From the NCBI RefSeq assembly GCF_009914755.1, contig NC_060925.1: a stretch of 64,000 nucleotides of DNA. One strand, given 5' to 3'. Both the position numbers and the translations under genes were made by a program. The notes under the pieces are model-generated. The model was not told the DNA's origin, searched no databases, and saw nothing but the letters and a program-made list of their open reading frames with translations. The DNA is from the human T2T-CHM13v2.0 reference genome, Homo sapiens. Below, one piece after another: positions 27,357 through 44,986 of this stretch; position 1 is the stretch's first letter; each line of letters starts with the position of its first letter.

Positions 27357-28896
27357 CCTTTTGCCGTCATTTTCATCTTGAGCAAACTGCTTTCAAGAGC
27401 CTTTTGTTTACCATACAGTGGTTTCAAGACCTATATCTGCAGAAAAGATATTTTTCAAAGGTAATTAAATTCATATTTCAAGTGTTTTTTTTTTATTTTA
27501 TTCTAAGTTCTGGAATACCTGTGGAGGATATGCAGATTTGTTACATAGGTAAAAATGTGCCATGGTAGTTTGCTGCACCTATCAGTCCATCATATAGGTA
27601 TTAAGCCTAGCATGCATTAGCTATTTTTCCTGATGATCTCTCTGCCCCAGACCCCACCTGCTGACAGGACCCAGTGTGTGTTGTTCCCCTTCCTCTGTCC
27701 ACATGTTCTCATTGTTGAGCTCCCACTTATAAGTGAGAAAATTTGGTGTTTGGTTTCCTGTTCCTGTGTTAGTTTGCTGAGGATAATGTCTTTCAGATGC
27801 ATCCATGTCCTTGCAAAGGACATGATCTCATTCCTTTTTATGGCTACATAGTATTCCATGGTATGTATGTACCACATTTTCTTTATCCAGTCTATCACTG
27901 ATGGGCAATTGGGTTGATTCCATGTTTTTGCTATTGTGCATAGTGCTGCAGTGAACATATGTGTGCATGTATCTTTATAATAGAATGATTTATATTCCTT
28001 TGAGTATATGCCCACTAATAGGATTGTAGGGCCAAATGATATTTCTGGTTCTAGGCCTTTGAGGAATCGTCACACTGTCTTCCACAATGGTTGACCTAAT
28101 TTACATTTCCATGAACAGTGTGAAAGCGTTCCTATTTCTTTATAGCCTCACCAGCATCTGTTGTTTCTTGGCTTTTTTAATGATCGCCATTCTGACTGGT
28201 GTGAGATGGTATCTCATTGTGATTTTGATTTGCATTTCTCTAATAATCAGTGATGTGGAGCTTTTTTTTCATATGTTCTGGGAAAGCTGGCTAGCCATAT
28301 GCAGAAAATACACATAATGAAGACACATAATGTCTTCTTTTGAGAAGTGTCTGTTCATATACTTTGCCCACTTTTTAATGGGGTTGTTTTTTTCTTGTAA
28401 ATTTGTTTAAGTTCCTTGTAGATTCTAGATATTAGAACTTTGTCAGATGGAGAGATTGCAAAAATTTTATCCCATTCTGTACGTTGTTCACTCTGATGAT
28501 AATTTCTTTTGCTGTGCAGAAGCTCTTTAGTCAGATCCCATTTGTCAAGTTTTGCTTCTGTTGCAACTGCTTTTGACGTTTTTGTTATGAAATATTTGCC
28601 TGTGCCTATGTCCTGAACGGTATTGCCTAGCTCTTCTTCTAGGGTTTTTATAGTTTTGGGTTTTAGATTTAACTCTTTATTCCATCTTGAGTTAATTTTT
28701 GTATAAGGTGTAAGGAAGGGGTCCAGTTTCAATTTTCTGCATATGGCTAGCCAGCTTTCCCAGAAACATTTATTAAAAAGGGAATCCTGATTTTTAGAAT
28801 TTTCAGGTTTTCTGCTCTGTTTTTTCCCCATCTTTGTGGTTTTATCTACCTTTGGTCTTTGATGATGGTGACGTACAGATGGGGTTTTAGTGTGGA

Positions 28897-29857
28897 GCGC
28901 CTCTCTCCCTCCAAAGGAACACAGCTCCTCGCCAGCAACGGAACAAAGCTGGACAGAAAATGACTTTGACGAGTTGAGAGAAGAAAGCTTCAATGATCAA
29001 ACTTCTCTGAGCTAAAGGAGGAAGTTCGAACCCATCATAAAGAAGCTAAAAACCTTGAAAAAATTTAGACGAATGGCTAACTAGAATAACTAATGTAGAG
29101 AAGTCCTTAAATGACCTGATGGAGCTGAAAACCATGACATGAGAACTACGTGACGAACAAGCTTCAGTAGCCGATTCAATCAACTGGAAGAAAGGGTATC
29201 ACTGATTGAAGATCAAATGAATGAAATGAAGCTAGAAGAGAAGTTTAGAGAAAAAAAAGTAAAAAGAAAAGAACAAAGCTTCCAAGAAATATGGGACTAT
29301 ATGAAAAGACCAAATCTACGTCTGATTGGTGTACCTGAAAGTGATGAGGAGAATGGAACCAAGTTGGAAAATACTCTGCAGGATATTATCCAGAACTTCC
29401 CCAACCTAGCAAGGCAGGCCAACATTCAAATTCAGGAAATACAGAGAACGCCACAAAGATACTCCTCGAGAAGAGCAACTCCAAGACACATAATTGTCAG
29501 ATTCACCAATGTTGAAATGAAGGAAAAAATGTTAAGGGAAGCCAGAGAGAAAGGTCGGGTTACCCACAAAAGGAAGCCCATAAGACTAACAGCGGATCTC
29601 TCAGCAGAAACTCTACAAGCCAGAAGAGTGGGGGCCCATATTCAACATTCTTAAAGAAAAGAATTTTCAACCCAAAATTTCATATCCAGCCAAACTAAGC
29701 TTCATAAGTGAAGGAGAAATAAAATCCTTTACAGACAAAAAAATGCTGAGAGATTTTGTCACCCCCAGGCCTGTCCTACAAGAGCTGCTGAAGGAAGCAC
29801 TAAACATGGAAAGGAACAACCAGTACCAGCCACTGCAAAAACATGCCAAGTTGTTAA
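28897..29857 (+). pseudogene. Disrupted L1 ORF1p (start codon lies in the inverted segment; frameshifts and stops)
   Basis: ORF 29217-29654 shows EIWDY.KRPNLRLIGVPE and RRATPRHIIVRF motifs. Confidence 0.92.
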
Positions 29858-29919
29858 GACCATCGATGCTAGGAAGAAACTGCATCAACTAACGAGCAAA
29901 ATAACCAGCTAACATCATA

Positions 29920-33723
<3,804 letters not shown>

Positions 33724-35599
33724 AGAATGAGAACACTTGGACACAGGATAGGGAACATCACACACCAGGGCCTGTTGTGGGGTGGGGGGAGGGGGGAGGG
33801 ATAGCATTATGAGATATATCTAATGTAAATGATGAGTTAATGGGTGCGGCACACCAACATGGCACATGTATACATATGTAACAAACCTGCACATTGTGCA
33901 CATGTACCCTGGAAATTAAAGTATAATAAAAATAAATAATAAATAATAAAAAGGGAATCCTTTCCCCATTGCTTGTTTGTGTCAGGTTTGTTAAAGATCA
34001 GATGGTTGTAGATGTGCGGTCTTATTTCTGAGATCTCTATTCTGTTCCATTGGTCTATGTGTCTGTTTTTATACCAGTACCATGATGTTTTGGTTACTGA
34101 AGCCTTGTAGTATAGTTTGAAGGTGGATATCATGATGCCTCCAGCTTTGTCCTTTGTGCTTAGGATTCTCTTGGCTATATGGGCTCTTTTGTGGTTCCGT
34201 ATGAATTTGAAAGCAGTTTTTTCTAATTCTGTGAAGAATATCAATGGTAGTTTAATGGGAATAGCACTGAATCTTTAAATTGCTTTGGGCAATATGGCCA
34301 TTTTCATATTGATTCTTCCTATCCATGAGCATGGAGTGTTTTTCTGGAAAATTTGTTTGGAGTCCTTTCTGAGTTCCTTGAGCAGTGATTTATTGTTCTC
34401 CATGAAGAGATTCTTCACTCCACTTGTTAGCTGTATTCCTCGGTATTTTATTCTCTGTATAGCAATTGTGAATGGGAGTTCATTCATGATTTGGCTCTCT
34501 GCTTGTCTGTTGTTGGTGTATAGGAATACTTGTGATTTTTGCACATTGATTTTGTATCCTGAAATTTGCTGAAGTTACTTATCTGCCTAAGAAGCTTTAG
34601 GGCTGAGACAGTGTGGTTTTCTAGACATAGAATTATGTCATCTGCAAACAGAGACAGTTTGACTTCCTCTCTTCATATTTGAATACTCTTTGTTTATTTC
34701 TCTTGCCTGATTGCCCTGGCCAGAACTTCCCATACTATGTTGAATAGGAGTCGTGAGAGAGGGCATCCTTGTCTTGTGCCAGTTTTCAAGGGGAATGCTT
34801 CCAGCTTTTGCCCATTCACTATGATATTGGTTGTGAGTTTATCATAAATGGCTCTTATTATTTTGAGGTAAGTTGCATCAATATCTAGTTTATTGAAAGT
34901 TTTTAACATGAAGGGCTGTTAAATTTTATCAAAGGCCTTTTCTGTGTCTATTGAAATAATCATTTGGCTTTTGTCTTTAGTTCTGTTTATGTAATGAATT
35001 ACATTTATTGATTTGCATATGTTGAACCATCCTTGCATTCTGGTGATGAAGCTGACTTGATCATGATGGATAAGCTTTTTGATGTGCTGCTGGATTCGGT
35101 TTGCTAGTATTTTATTGAGGATTTTTACATTGAGGTTCATCAGGGATATTGGCCTGAAGTTTCCATTTTTTGTTGTATTTCTGCCAGGTTTGGGTATCAG
35201 AATGATGCTGGCCTCATAAAATGAGTTACAGAAAAGTGTCTCCTTTTCAATTGTTTGAAATAGTTTCAGAAGAAATGGTACCAGCTCCTCTTTGTACCTC
35301 TGGTAGAATTCAGCTGTAAATCCATCTGTTCCTGGGCTTTTTTTTGGTTAGTAGGCTATTTATTACCAGCTAAATTTCAGAATTTGTTATTGGTCTATTC
35401 AGGGATTCAACTTATTCCTGGTCTAGTTTTGGGAGGGGGTATGTATCCAGGAATTTATCCATTTCTTCTAGATTTTCTAGTTTATTTGCATAGAGGTGTT
35501 TATGGTATTCTCTGATGGCTGTTTTTATTTCTGTGGGGTCAAAGGACATCACCATTATTTTAAAAGTTCACTAAAAGTAACTTTCTGAGTTGCATCTGA

Positions 35600-35611
35600 T
35601 CTATCTGTCTG

Positions 35612-35643
<32 letters not shown>

Positions 35644-35644
35644 A
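35600..35644. repeat. (TCTA)(TCTG)2(TCTA)8 tetranucleotide STR
   Basis: Seen directly. Confidence 0.95.
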
Positions 35645-36708
35645 TCATCTTCAATATTGATAATAATATTTAGCATCAAAGTTGTACACATTTAAAAACT
35701 AGAAGCCAAGAAGTAGCTGTCTGGAGAATTAAATTGTCTAAGAAATTATTAAAGAATACTAAACAATAGTTTAAGTAATTATGATTTCTAAAAATAATAG
35801 CAGAAAGAACAATTTTATGAGAAAGTATAATGTGAAAACTGTTCATTTAGCAAAAAAACAGGCATTTCAGTTTTTTAAAATAAACTGCAAGAACTAGTGT
35901 CAATTTTTATGTAGAGACCAATCATCTTTTCCTGATACTTTAAAGGATTTAGTGACCAGAAATTACTGGTCATTAGTTACATTCAGCTCCAATGATTTAC
36001 AATCTTCAAAGCAGCAGCTTCAGCAGAATGAAGATGAATTCAAGAATTAGACAATTAACATTACTCTTTGGCTAATTCTGATTAGACTTCACACACATTT
36101 TTTTCTATTGTACAAACGTTTTTGAGGTTGAATAATAAAATTTAAAAAAATTGTTAATATACTTAATAGCTGTAATATTAGACATTAAAATAAAAAATCA
36201 TGATACATTTCTGAAGTGTCCTTTGCGGTCAACTAGTCTCTTCAACCAAATGTACTCATACTTTATAATTATAAGCAGTAGCCCTATTTTGGAAAAAAAG
36301 AATTCATTTTCTGAAAGCACATGATGAATTCAGGAGAACAAAAAAAGTAAAGATTCTAATGCTGAACATGAAGAACTTGTACTTAATCTTATTGGAATTA
36401 GTTGTGAAATAATTATGCACAGAAGAAACCTGTTGAACCATGTGTCTATAATTATCTTTTGACCATAAAATATTGGATAGTTTTGTTCCCTTAAACATAC
36501 CCCTTGGATATGAAAATGAACAGACAAATGTGTGGTGGTTACACCAAGAGCATGTGAATTCAGTTGCCAAGTTTCCTTTAGATAATGTATTATTTGCCCA
36601 AATAATATTTTTAATTATTATTTGCCCAGAGGTTAAGACAAGAGTGATTTAAGAGTTTATTACTTGATTTTCTGAAAATTTTTTCACACAGTCTAGATAG
36701 AATGACTA

Positions 36709-37167
<459 letters not shown>

Positions 37168-37496
37168 CTAGACGATTATTGGATTATTTAGAAAGGCACC
37201 AGCACTTGGTTGTTTCATGCGTGCAAAGCTCTGTCAGAATTTGTCACATTGTCCACTTCAATTATAGTTCAATAAAGTTACGAAAAAAGTATGAAAAAAA
37301 TCAAGTGTGAAATAAAAAAGATTGAGGACTATATGAAAGCTGTGCCTTCTCCCCCAACACAAGATAAGGTATAACTGAGTCAGGCTGAAAGAAGAGAAGT
37401 TTGGAAGAAGCCAAGTATGTAAGAGGTCTCTTAACTGCTTTCCTTGTCTCTGGTAATTGCCGGGAGTGGGCTGGCAAGAAAGTGAGGAAAAGGAAA

Positions 37497-38015
37497 TGAA
37501 ACTGACCTATTTGTCCCATAGAACTGATGTTATAGTTTTTTTTGAATAAGCATAGAAATTCATCCTCCCAGTCTTGAAACTTGAGAAAACTATACTGAGT
37601 TTCCTTCTCAAGAAACCAATAATTAGTCTTCCCACATAGTATCAAGTGAATGAAATTTACTAGATAACTGTATCTGGACAATTAGACATCAGACCTCTCA
37701 TGGATCATGATTGCTTAACTAACCACTTGTTTTTCTGTTGAACCAACTTCTCTTCTTTACCCCTCCCTAATTCCTGTTTGCCTGTGTGTAGTTACATTTC
37801 TGCTACATAAGCCCCTAATTTTAGTCAGGTAGATGGATTTCAGACTGATCTCTCATCTTCTTGACTGCAACAACCTGGTTCAAGCCTTCTTCCCTGATGA
37901 TACTCACTGTATCAGTGATTGACTTTCCATGTAGGGAGTAGCAGGACCTTTAACAAATCCCTGGTGCTTTGGTGAGCAGCAGGACCTATAACAAATCCCT
38001 GGTGTTTAGGTAACA
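37497..38015 (+). mobile_element. LOR1a-like 5' LTR
   Basis: tgaaactgacc.attgtccca.agaact...ggtaaca, homologous to 45935-46423. Has an extra 38-bp tandem duplication near its 3' end. Confidence 0.88.
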
Positions 38016-38020
38016 GACTT

Positions 38021-38038
38021 TGGTCCCCTGACCAGGAA
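38021..38038 (+). promoter_or_regulatory. Retroviral primer-binding site, tRNA-Glu type
   Basis: tggtcccctgaccaggaa vs TGGTTCCCTGACCGGGAA (complement of the tRNA-Glu(CTC) 3' end): 16/18, 5 nt after the 5' LTR. Confidence 0.8.
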
Positions 38039-38240
38039 TGCATTCGTTGTTGCTCCACTGTCATGTCAAGGAGAGTTTTAGAAGCCCCCCTAAGTAGCTG
38101 CCTGAACCTTTTTTGGTAGGAGGTGAGTTTCGGTCTCTCTCTGGTTTCACTGCTGTAGGCCTCAAACACGTTCCTAATTTCCTAGGAAGAATAGCCTTTG
38201 AAATTTGACATTTGCCTCCAGATAAGTGAGTGTCCTATGT

Positions 38241-38546
38241 GGGCCCAGACAGCAGGATCTGTTCCTCTCAATTTGGGAAATTTTTGAAGAAGTTTCCATT
38301 TGTAGATTACACAAGCCCAACTGAGTGAGAGAGGGAAGCACCCTGACTGTTTCAGTTTGGACACTCTTGGGGGCTTGTTTGTAATTGTTGTGTGTATATC
38401 TGAGCAAGTGATTGTCTTTTGTGGGTGCCAGACAGAGGGATTGGTTCCTCTCAATTTGGGAAATTCCAAAGGAATTTTCAGGTTAATTGAGTACAACCGA
38501 AGAAGAGAGGAAGCACCCCAACTGTTCCAATTTGGACACTCTTGGT
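38241..38546 (+). repeat. Degenerate ~180-bp-period direct repeat in the proviral leader
   Basis: ccagacag..gttcctctcaatttgggaaatt..gaagcaccc..actgtt.ca.tttggacactcttgg occurs at ~38241-38372 and ~38423-38546. Confidence 0.85.
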
Positions 38547-39042
38547 CTTGTTTGTTGCTGCAGCAGTTGGATTGTATTTTGGTGATTGTGTGTTTGTTGA
38601 TAGAGTTATGAGAAATCAGGATTCGATATGCTGATATTCCTTTGTAGTATTGTTGACCACAATATTCTTTGGAATCTGGAGAGGTTTGGCCTCTTCATGG
38701 ACCTCATTTTGCTGTTGAATGGGAAAGCAGGGTGGAGTTTTATGTATCCCAGCTTTTATGCTACTGTTCTGAACAGGGTCAGGCCTGGTTACTACATGAT
38801 GTGCTCCTGTGGTACTGTTTGGCTCCAGTGTTCATTGGAGCCTGGAGTGGTTTGGCCTTTAAAAATCAAAATGCCGTGGGAACTGCTTTACCCAAAATTT
38901 TGGTTCACAGCTTTCACTGGGTTACTTATTGGGGCAAAGTTTAGCCATGTGAATATGTTCACAGACTGGTGAGTTTGTATCAGTCTATGAACTGTAACTG
39001 TATCTCACAGCTAGAGTTCCAAAGAAAAAGCTATTGGATCTC

Positions 39043-39088
39043 GTGTGTGTGTGTGTGTGTGTGGGGGGGGGGGGGGGTGTGTGTGTGT
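39043..39088. repeat. (GT)10-G15-(TG)n compound repeat
   Basis: Seen directly. Confidence 0.95.
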
Positions 39089-41392
39089 CCATGCTTATAT
39101 GTGTTTATGTGTGTGTACATTTATTATGTTATATATTATGTCTACCACATTGGCTTATGAATAAAAAAGCACTCATAAATTGAGTAAACAAGTATAAAAT
39201 ATTTTTCAAGTTCATGTGACTTAAGTCAATCTTTAATAACCAAGCTGTCTTTAAAATTGTTGGTAAGATAAAAATATGAACGTCTTCAGAAATGTTAGAA
39301 TACATTTTTATTTGGGTTTTATATTTGTCTCTGCTAGATATTCGAGGTGTCAGGTTTTGGCATAGAAGGTAGTAAAATTATAATCCCAGTCAAAAGAAAA
39401 TGATCTTTGTAGTATTTTATTCTGATTAATGAGACTAATTTAATGTTGTTAGTTTAACAAAAACAGCTGACTCTTCTGAGTTATTAGCAAAAAAATACCT
39501 AGCATTTAACTTAAGGTTCTTACTTAGGTGAGTACCTCATACTCCTGGCTGTAAAAATAGTTAACAAGGAAATAACTTTACATAATGACTAGCTGTGTCT
39601 AATATCTCTATTTTCAGAAGTAATCTAGATAAACTAAAAAAATGAAAGAATTCATTTTTTAAAAGTACTTTTGAAATTCATTTTTCAAAAGTACTTTGAG
39701 TACTTTTGAAAAGTACTCAAAGAATTCCCATTGAGTACTTTCCAATGGGAATAGATGTTGTAGGTAAACTGTGTGTAACTTAAAATCTTAAAATTATTTT
39801 TGATGCTTCTTGGATGTCTGAGTCATTTCCAATTAAGATAGGGTTATGATATGGGGAAATATGTTTCTAAAAATTGTGGAAAGTTCTCATCTATCAAATG
39901 CTAATATCTGATTGTTAAGAATTTTTTGCTTCTTAGGTTTTCATTGAAATTTAAGATTATTAAAAATAAGAATTCTAGTTAATATATAATTCTGTATGTA
40001 AAGTGTGCCAAAGAAGATATGTTCTTATTGAGAAAAAAATAATTTTATCCAATTCAGAAGTTACCTAACAGTTGATCCAAATTATGGACTACGGTAACAT
40101 TTTGTCCTAAGGTAAAATGACTGGCTATTTTTTTTAAAAAAAAAGAAAATATAGGACAAAAGAGAAAGTGCAAGCATGTTATAGATATTTGTGTAAGTCA
40201 TATGTAATATTTTTCCCCTTTTCTCTGTATGTCTGTCTTCATGCACACAGAGAGAAAATAGAAAGTTGAAAAGGCTTAGGTAGTAAAATGGTTTTTAAAA
40301 CCTGATAGAAAATTAGAGAAATTTGCCTAATTAACATTGCTCATAGTTAAAGCCCTTAGTTTTCATGAGGGTAAAATAAGAAATATTGTAAAGAAATACA
40401 TTGGCAGTTTTGCAATTCTATTTTAATACAGTTAAGCATGAGGCCAGATTTAACATGGAGCCAAATTTCACAGACATGCTTGCACTGCTTCACACTATAT
40501 TTGCTATTCTGCATAGATTGTACTTGCACTAAAGTGCTTAGTGATCATGTGACTACGGTGAATTTCTTAATTCCCCAGAATGTATAGTGGTATTGGTGGA
40601 CTTAAAGACATTAATTTGTATACTAGGAATGAAATATCTATCATAAGCTTTTTAGGCTCTGAGTAACACTGTAGCCTCCAAGGTAAACTGAGTAGGAGAA
40701 TATTTGAGGTTTTGTTTCTTGTTTGTTGTTTTTGCTTCTAATTTTCATTTATTTGCCATTTGTTCTCTCCTGAGTTTTACTTATATATACATATATAAAA
40801 CCATTGATGTTTTTAAGTTTCTCATGGAAGGCTTGTATTTAGTTCTATAAAGAGTCATTCTGTTTCATATGCATTTCCAAAATTTCATCATTTGCTCTAT
40901 TTATCTAAAGTTCCTAAGATACCACTGTTAAGCCTGCAAAAACTTATAGAACACACCAGCCATTTAAAATTTGATGGGTTTTGCTTACCCCGGATGATCA
41001 ACAGAGCTGCAAGAGCTTTAAGGTTCCTGGCAAAAAATAAATAAATAAATAAAATACTTATTTTTATAAGCTCTGAGCAAAAATAGTACAGTATATATTT
41101 TCTCATTTGGAAAAGTAGGTGAGAATAAAAAATTTTTATATAGTGTTTATTTCCAAGGCAATTCAACTCAATTAATAATTTAAGTTGCTTTCAGACCTTT
41201 TCCTTTAGGTAATGAGGAACAACTGTGATATGGGTACAGTGTTTTAGTGTTCAGGAAAGATTAGCTTTGTCCTTAAGAAAATTATATTAATTGGAATTTC
41301 TTTCAAATAATTTAGTTGTGTTTGTTATTAAAATTAAGTTACATTCATTTGGATGAAGTCGTAATAAAAATTGTGAGACTTTCTAGTGATTT

Positions 41393-42677
41393 TGTTTCAA
41401 GATCTCTAGGGTGTCTATTTTTCTGGCCAGAAACCTCTGTGGCCATGGCACCGTTGCCCAAGTTCTTGTCCTGCATCCAGGAGGAATGAGGTATGCAGAC
41501 AAGTGATGGGTGAAGAAGAAGAGTTTTATTTAGTGTTAGAACAGCTAAGAAGAGTGCGTAGCTCCTCTCTGTAGGCAAGCCATCCTGTGGAGTGTTCAGC
41601 TGTCAGCAGAGAGGAGGCCCTGTAGAGGGTGGCTCCTCTCTGCAGGCAAGTCATTCAGACGTTTCTGCAGGTCTCAAGCTTTCAGCCAAGAAGTTAGACC
41701 CTTTCTGCCAGCAGGTTGTCTCTGCAGCTCTCAATGGAGACAGTAAGCTGGTCGTCTCATCGTCTCCAGCTATCAGCAGGAGGGTACCCGTCTCTGCAGT
41801 TGGTCTTCTATCCCATTCTCTCTCTGCCCTCACCCCTCTGCCTTCTTCATCCTCTGGCCATCCCCTGCCCTGCTTTGACTGAGCCCAGGGCTTTTATAGA
41901 CCTCAGAGGGGAAGAAGTGCTTGTGATTGGTCCGTGGCCAGCCACGGATGGCCAGAAGAGGCACCATGGGCCCCCCTCCCATCTGTAGGACTGGCAGCCC
42001 AGCCCCCAGCCTTCAGGCCCTCTCTGACATGAAGGTGGGGACTTACTGGCCAGCTTCCGCCCAGAAATCCATCTGCCTCCAGGCCCCAGGGCTTGGCCCC
42101 AACTCCTGCTCAAGATCAGAGCAGGCACCAGGAGTGGAGAGAGGCCAGGCAGTGGGAGCAGACACCGCCAAACATGCAGGGACTGGGGGAGTCCTTCCTG
42201 AGGCCCCTGAGGGTGCAGGCTGCAGAGACGCTGCGGTCCTGTGCCTGGGAGGGTGGCCACAGCTGCATCTGGGAGCTCTTGCCCTGCCATCTCGGAAGGG
42301 GCTGGGCTCCCGCTTGTCCCAAGCTCTTGCCTGCTTCCTGGAGTGGGAGGCCCAGGTCTGCAGCCAGGGGGAGTAGGGCTGCAGCTGCACCCAGGAAGGT
42401 AGATCCTATCTGTTCCCAGCTCCTCCAAGAGCACAAGGAGGCAAGGATCCATAGCTGCAGTTTGGAAGGCCGTAGTCCTCCCGGGAAGGCAGGGCTCCTA
42501 CTTGCTCTATAGAGCAGGAGGCCTGGGTCTGCTGTTGCATTTTGGGTGACTGTAGCGGCTCACAGAGCTCCTATCCCAACTCAGAAGGGGCAGGACTCCC
42601 ACTGGCTCCATGGAGTGTGCGGTCCCAGATGCACTTCGCTGCTGCAGCCGGCAAGATGGTAGCAGCCGCTGCCATTA
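41393..42677 (-). mobile_element. MER52-family ERV1 solo LTR nested in the LOR1 internal region
   Basis: GC-rich 1285-bp block. Minus strand begins taatggcagcggctgct and ends tgaaaca. 4-bp TSD attt (41389-41392, 42678-42681). Confidence 0.88.
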
Positions 42678-44307
42678 ATTTTTCATCCTAAGCCATTTAT
42701 TGCTCATGGGCCTTCATGTGTGTACTTGAAAACAAAATATGCACAAGTATTGCACTGGTTTGAAGATTCTAGTGGCAAAAGTTATCTAATCAGTTTTCAG
42801 TATTGTATCTAAGAACCAGTCTTAGAAATATGTGATGGTGCTCTTTTAAATAGCTTAAATTATTGTGTGCTTGTTTTACTTTGTCCTTGTTTTGTTGTAT
42901 ATAATTTAAGTAAGTGAAAGAAAATTGTTTATCTTCATACTGAGTTTCCAAAACTGATACTTGCATTTAACATTTTTTTTGTTGATGGAGAAAAAAGTTA
43001 GTTGTTTTTCTCTGAAAAGTTTGGCACAGGACCTATCACATTTTTGATGCTTTTGGTTGCAGTTCTGTCATTAGAATGCTAGCAATTAGACATATGCAGT
43101 GAGTAACTTTAATACAGTGGTTTGAATTGAAGTGCTGCAGGCAGTATCTACTAGACACCAAGTCAGCTTTTTCATTCGTGACATGTTAGAGAGAATGATA
43201 GGATTTTGCAGTCTAAATATCCTATTAACAAATCCTTTTGTTGTTTAGTTACAGAGCTTTCACTCTAGCATCTGAAAAAGGAACCAACTCCTGCTAAATC
43301 TTGAGAATTGACACATTGAAGCCTTATCTTCAGACTCTGAAAAAGGTGATGATTAAAATAAACTACTTTACTAAGACATAGTGCTAGAGAGTAAAACTAT
43401 TCAATCCCCCTAGGCCCAGAGACTATAGCAGAAGAGGTGGGTTCATGAAATTGTAAGGGCCGATTTTAAGGGATAAGATTAGTTGAGAGGTTTTTTTATA
43501 AATTAAAAGTTAATATCAAAAGCACACTGATGAAAGGCCAGCATCTAGGCTCGTGTGTTGAAATAACAGGGTTTTCTTAGAGCATTTATTTGTTCTTTAA
43601 AAGAAAATTGTAAAAGGTAATAAAGGTTTATGAAAATTGTACCTTATGGTCAAACTGATTAAAATTAGATAGATTTGTTTATAGGTTTTATTAAAATTAG
43701 CTTTCACATTAATAACATACATACAAAGGACAATTTTTTTTTGAACAAAATTTTAATGTAAGTGATAATAAAAGATTTTTCTTTATCTTATGAGTAAAAA
43801 TACAGAAGAAAAAGAAGAGGGAGAGGGAGAGACAAATTCAATAGGCCTCATGCTGTCTTTATTAACGAAACTGAGTTTCCTCTCTATAAAAGTGTAAACG
43901 TTTCTGTTTTATCATTTTGGCTAAATGAATGACTTATAGTAACCTGTGATCCTATTTGGTGATATCAAGTGCCTTAAACCCTTGATTTTTGCCAGAATTT
44001 TCAACAGCAAAATTTTGAGTTCTAAATTCAGTCTTTTTGACCTCAAACTAACTTTTATGGGTATTGCCATCCCCCAAAGTCCAAGAGAGATATATTATGC
44101 TTATCTGGTATGTTAGAACTCCAAAGAAAGCATTGTAAAATGTGAGGTGGTCTTTAACATTCTTTGGGTTATATTTCTGTATGTGTTCCAGGATTTTATG
44201 ACATTTCTGAAATTCTGATATGTCTTAATGTATGTTGTCAGTAATGATTATGATTATTATGTTAAATTATTGTATGTCACAGAAACAACCAAATTTTCTT
44301 GTCAACT

Positions 44308-44986
<679 letters not shown>

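Noticed and set aside
35521-35560. Missing TSD at the 5' end of the L1PA8-like element (and at the truncated Alu at 14927)
   Set aside because: Age-related decay and insertion-associated deletion cannot be distinguished without orthologues.
37936-38546. CRISPR-like repeats
   Set aside because: Only two degenerate units each, inside an ERV LTR/leader in eukaryotic DNA, with no spacers or cas genes.
41592-42512. Overlapping 90-201 aa ORFs
   Set aside because: They lie wholly in the GC-rich MER52 LTR, are low-complexity, and show no domain resemblance.
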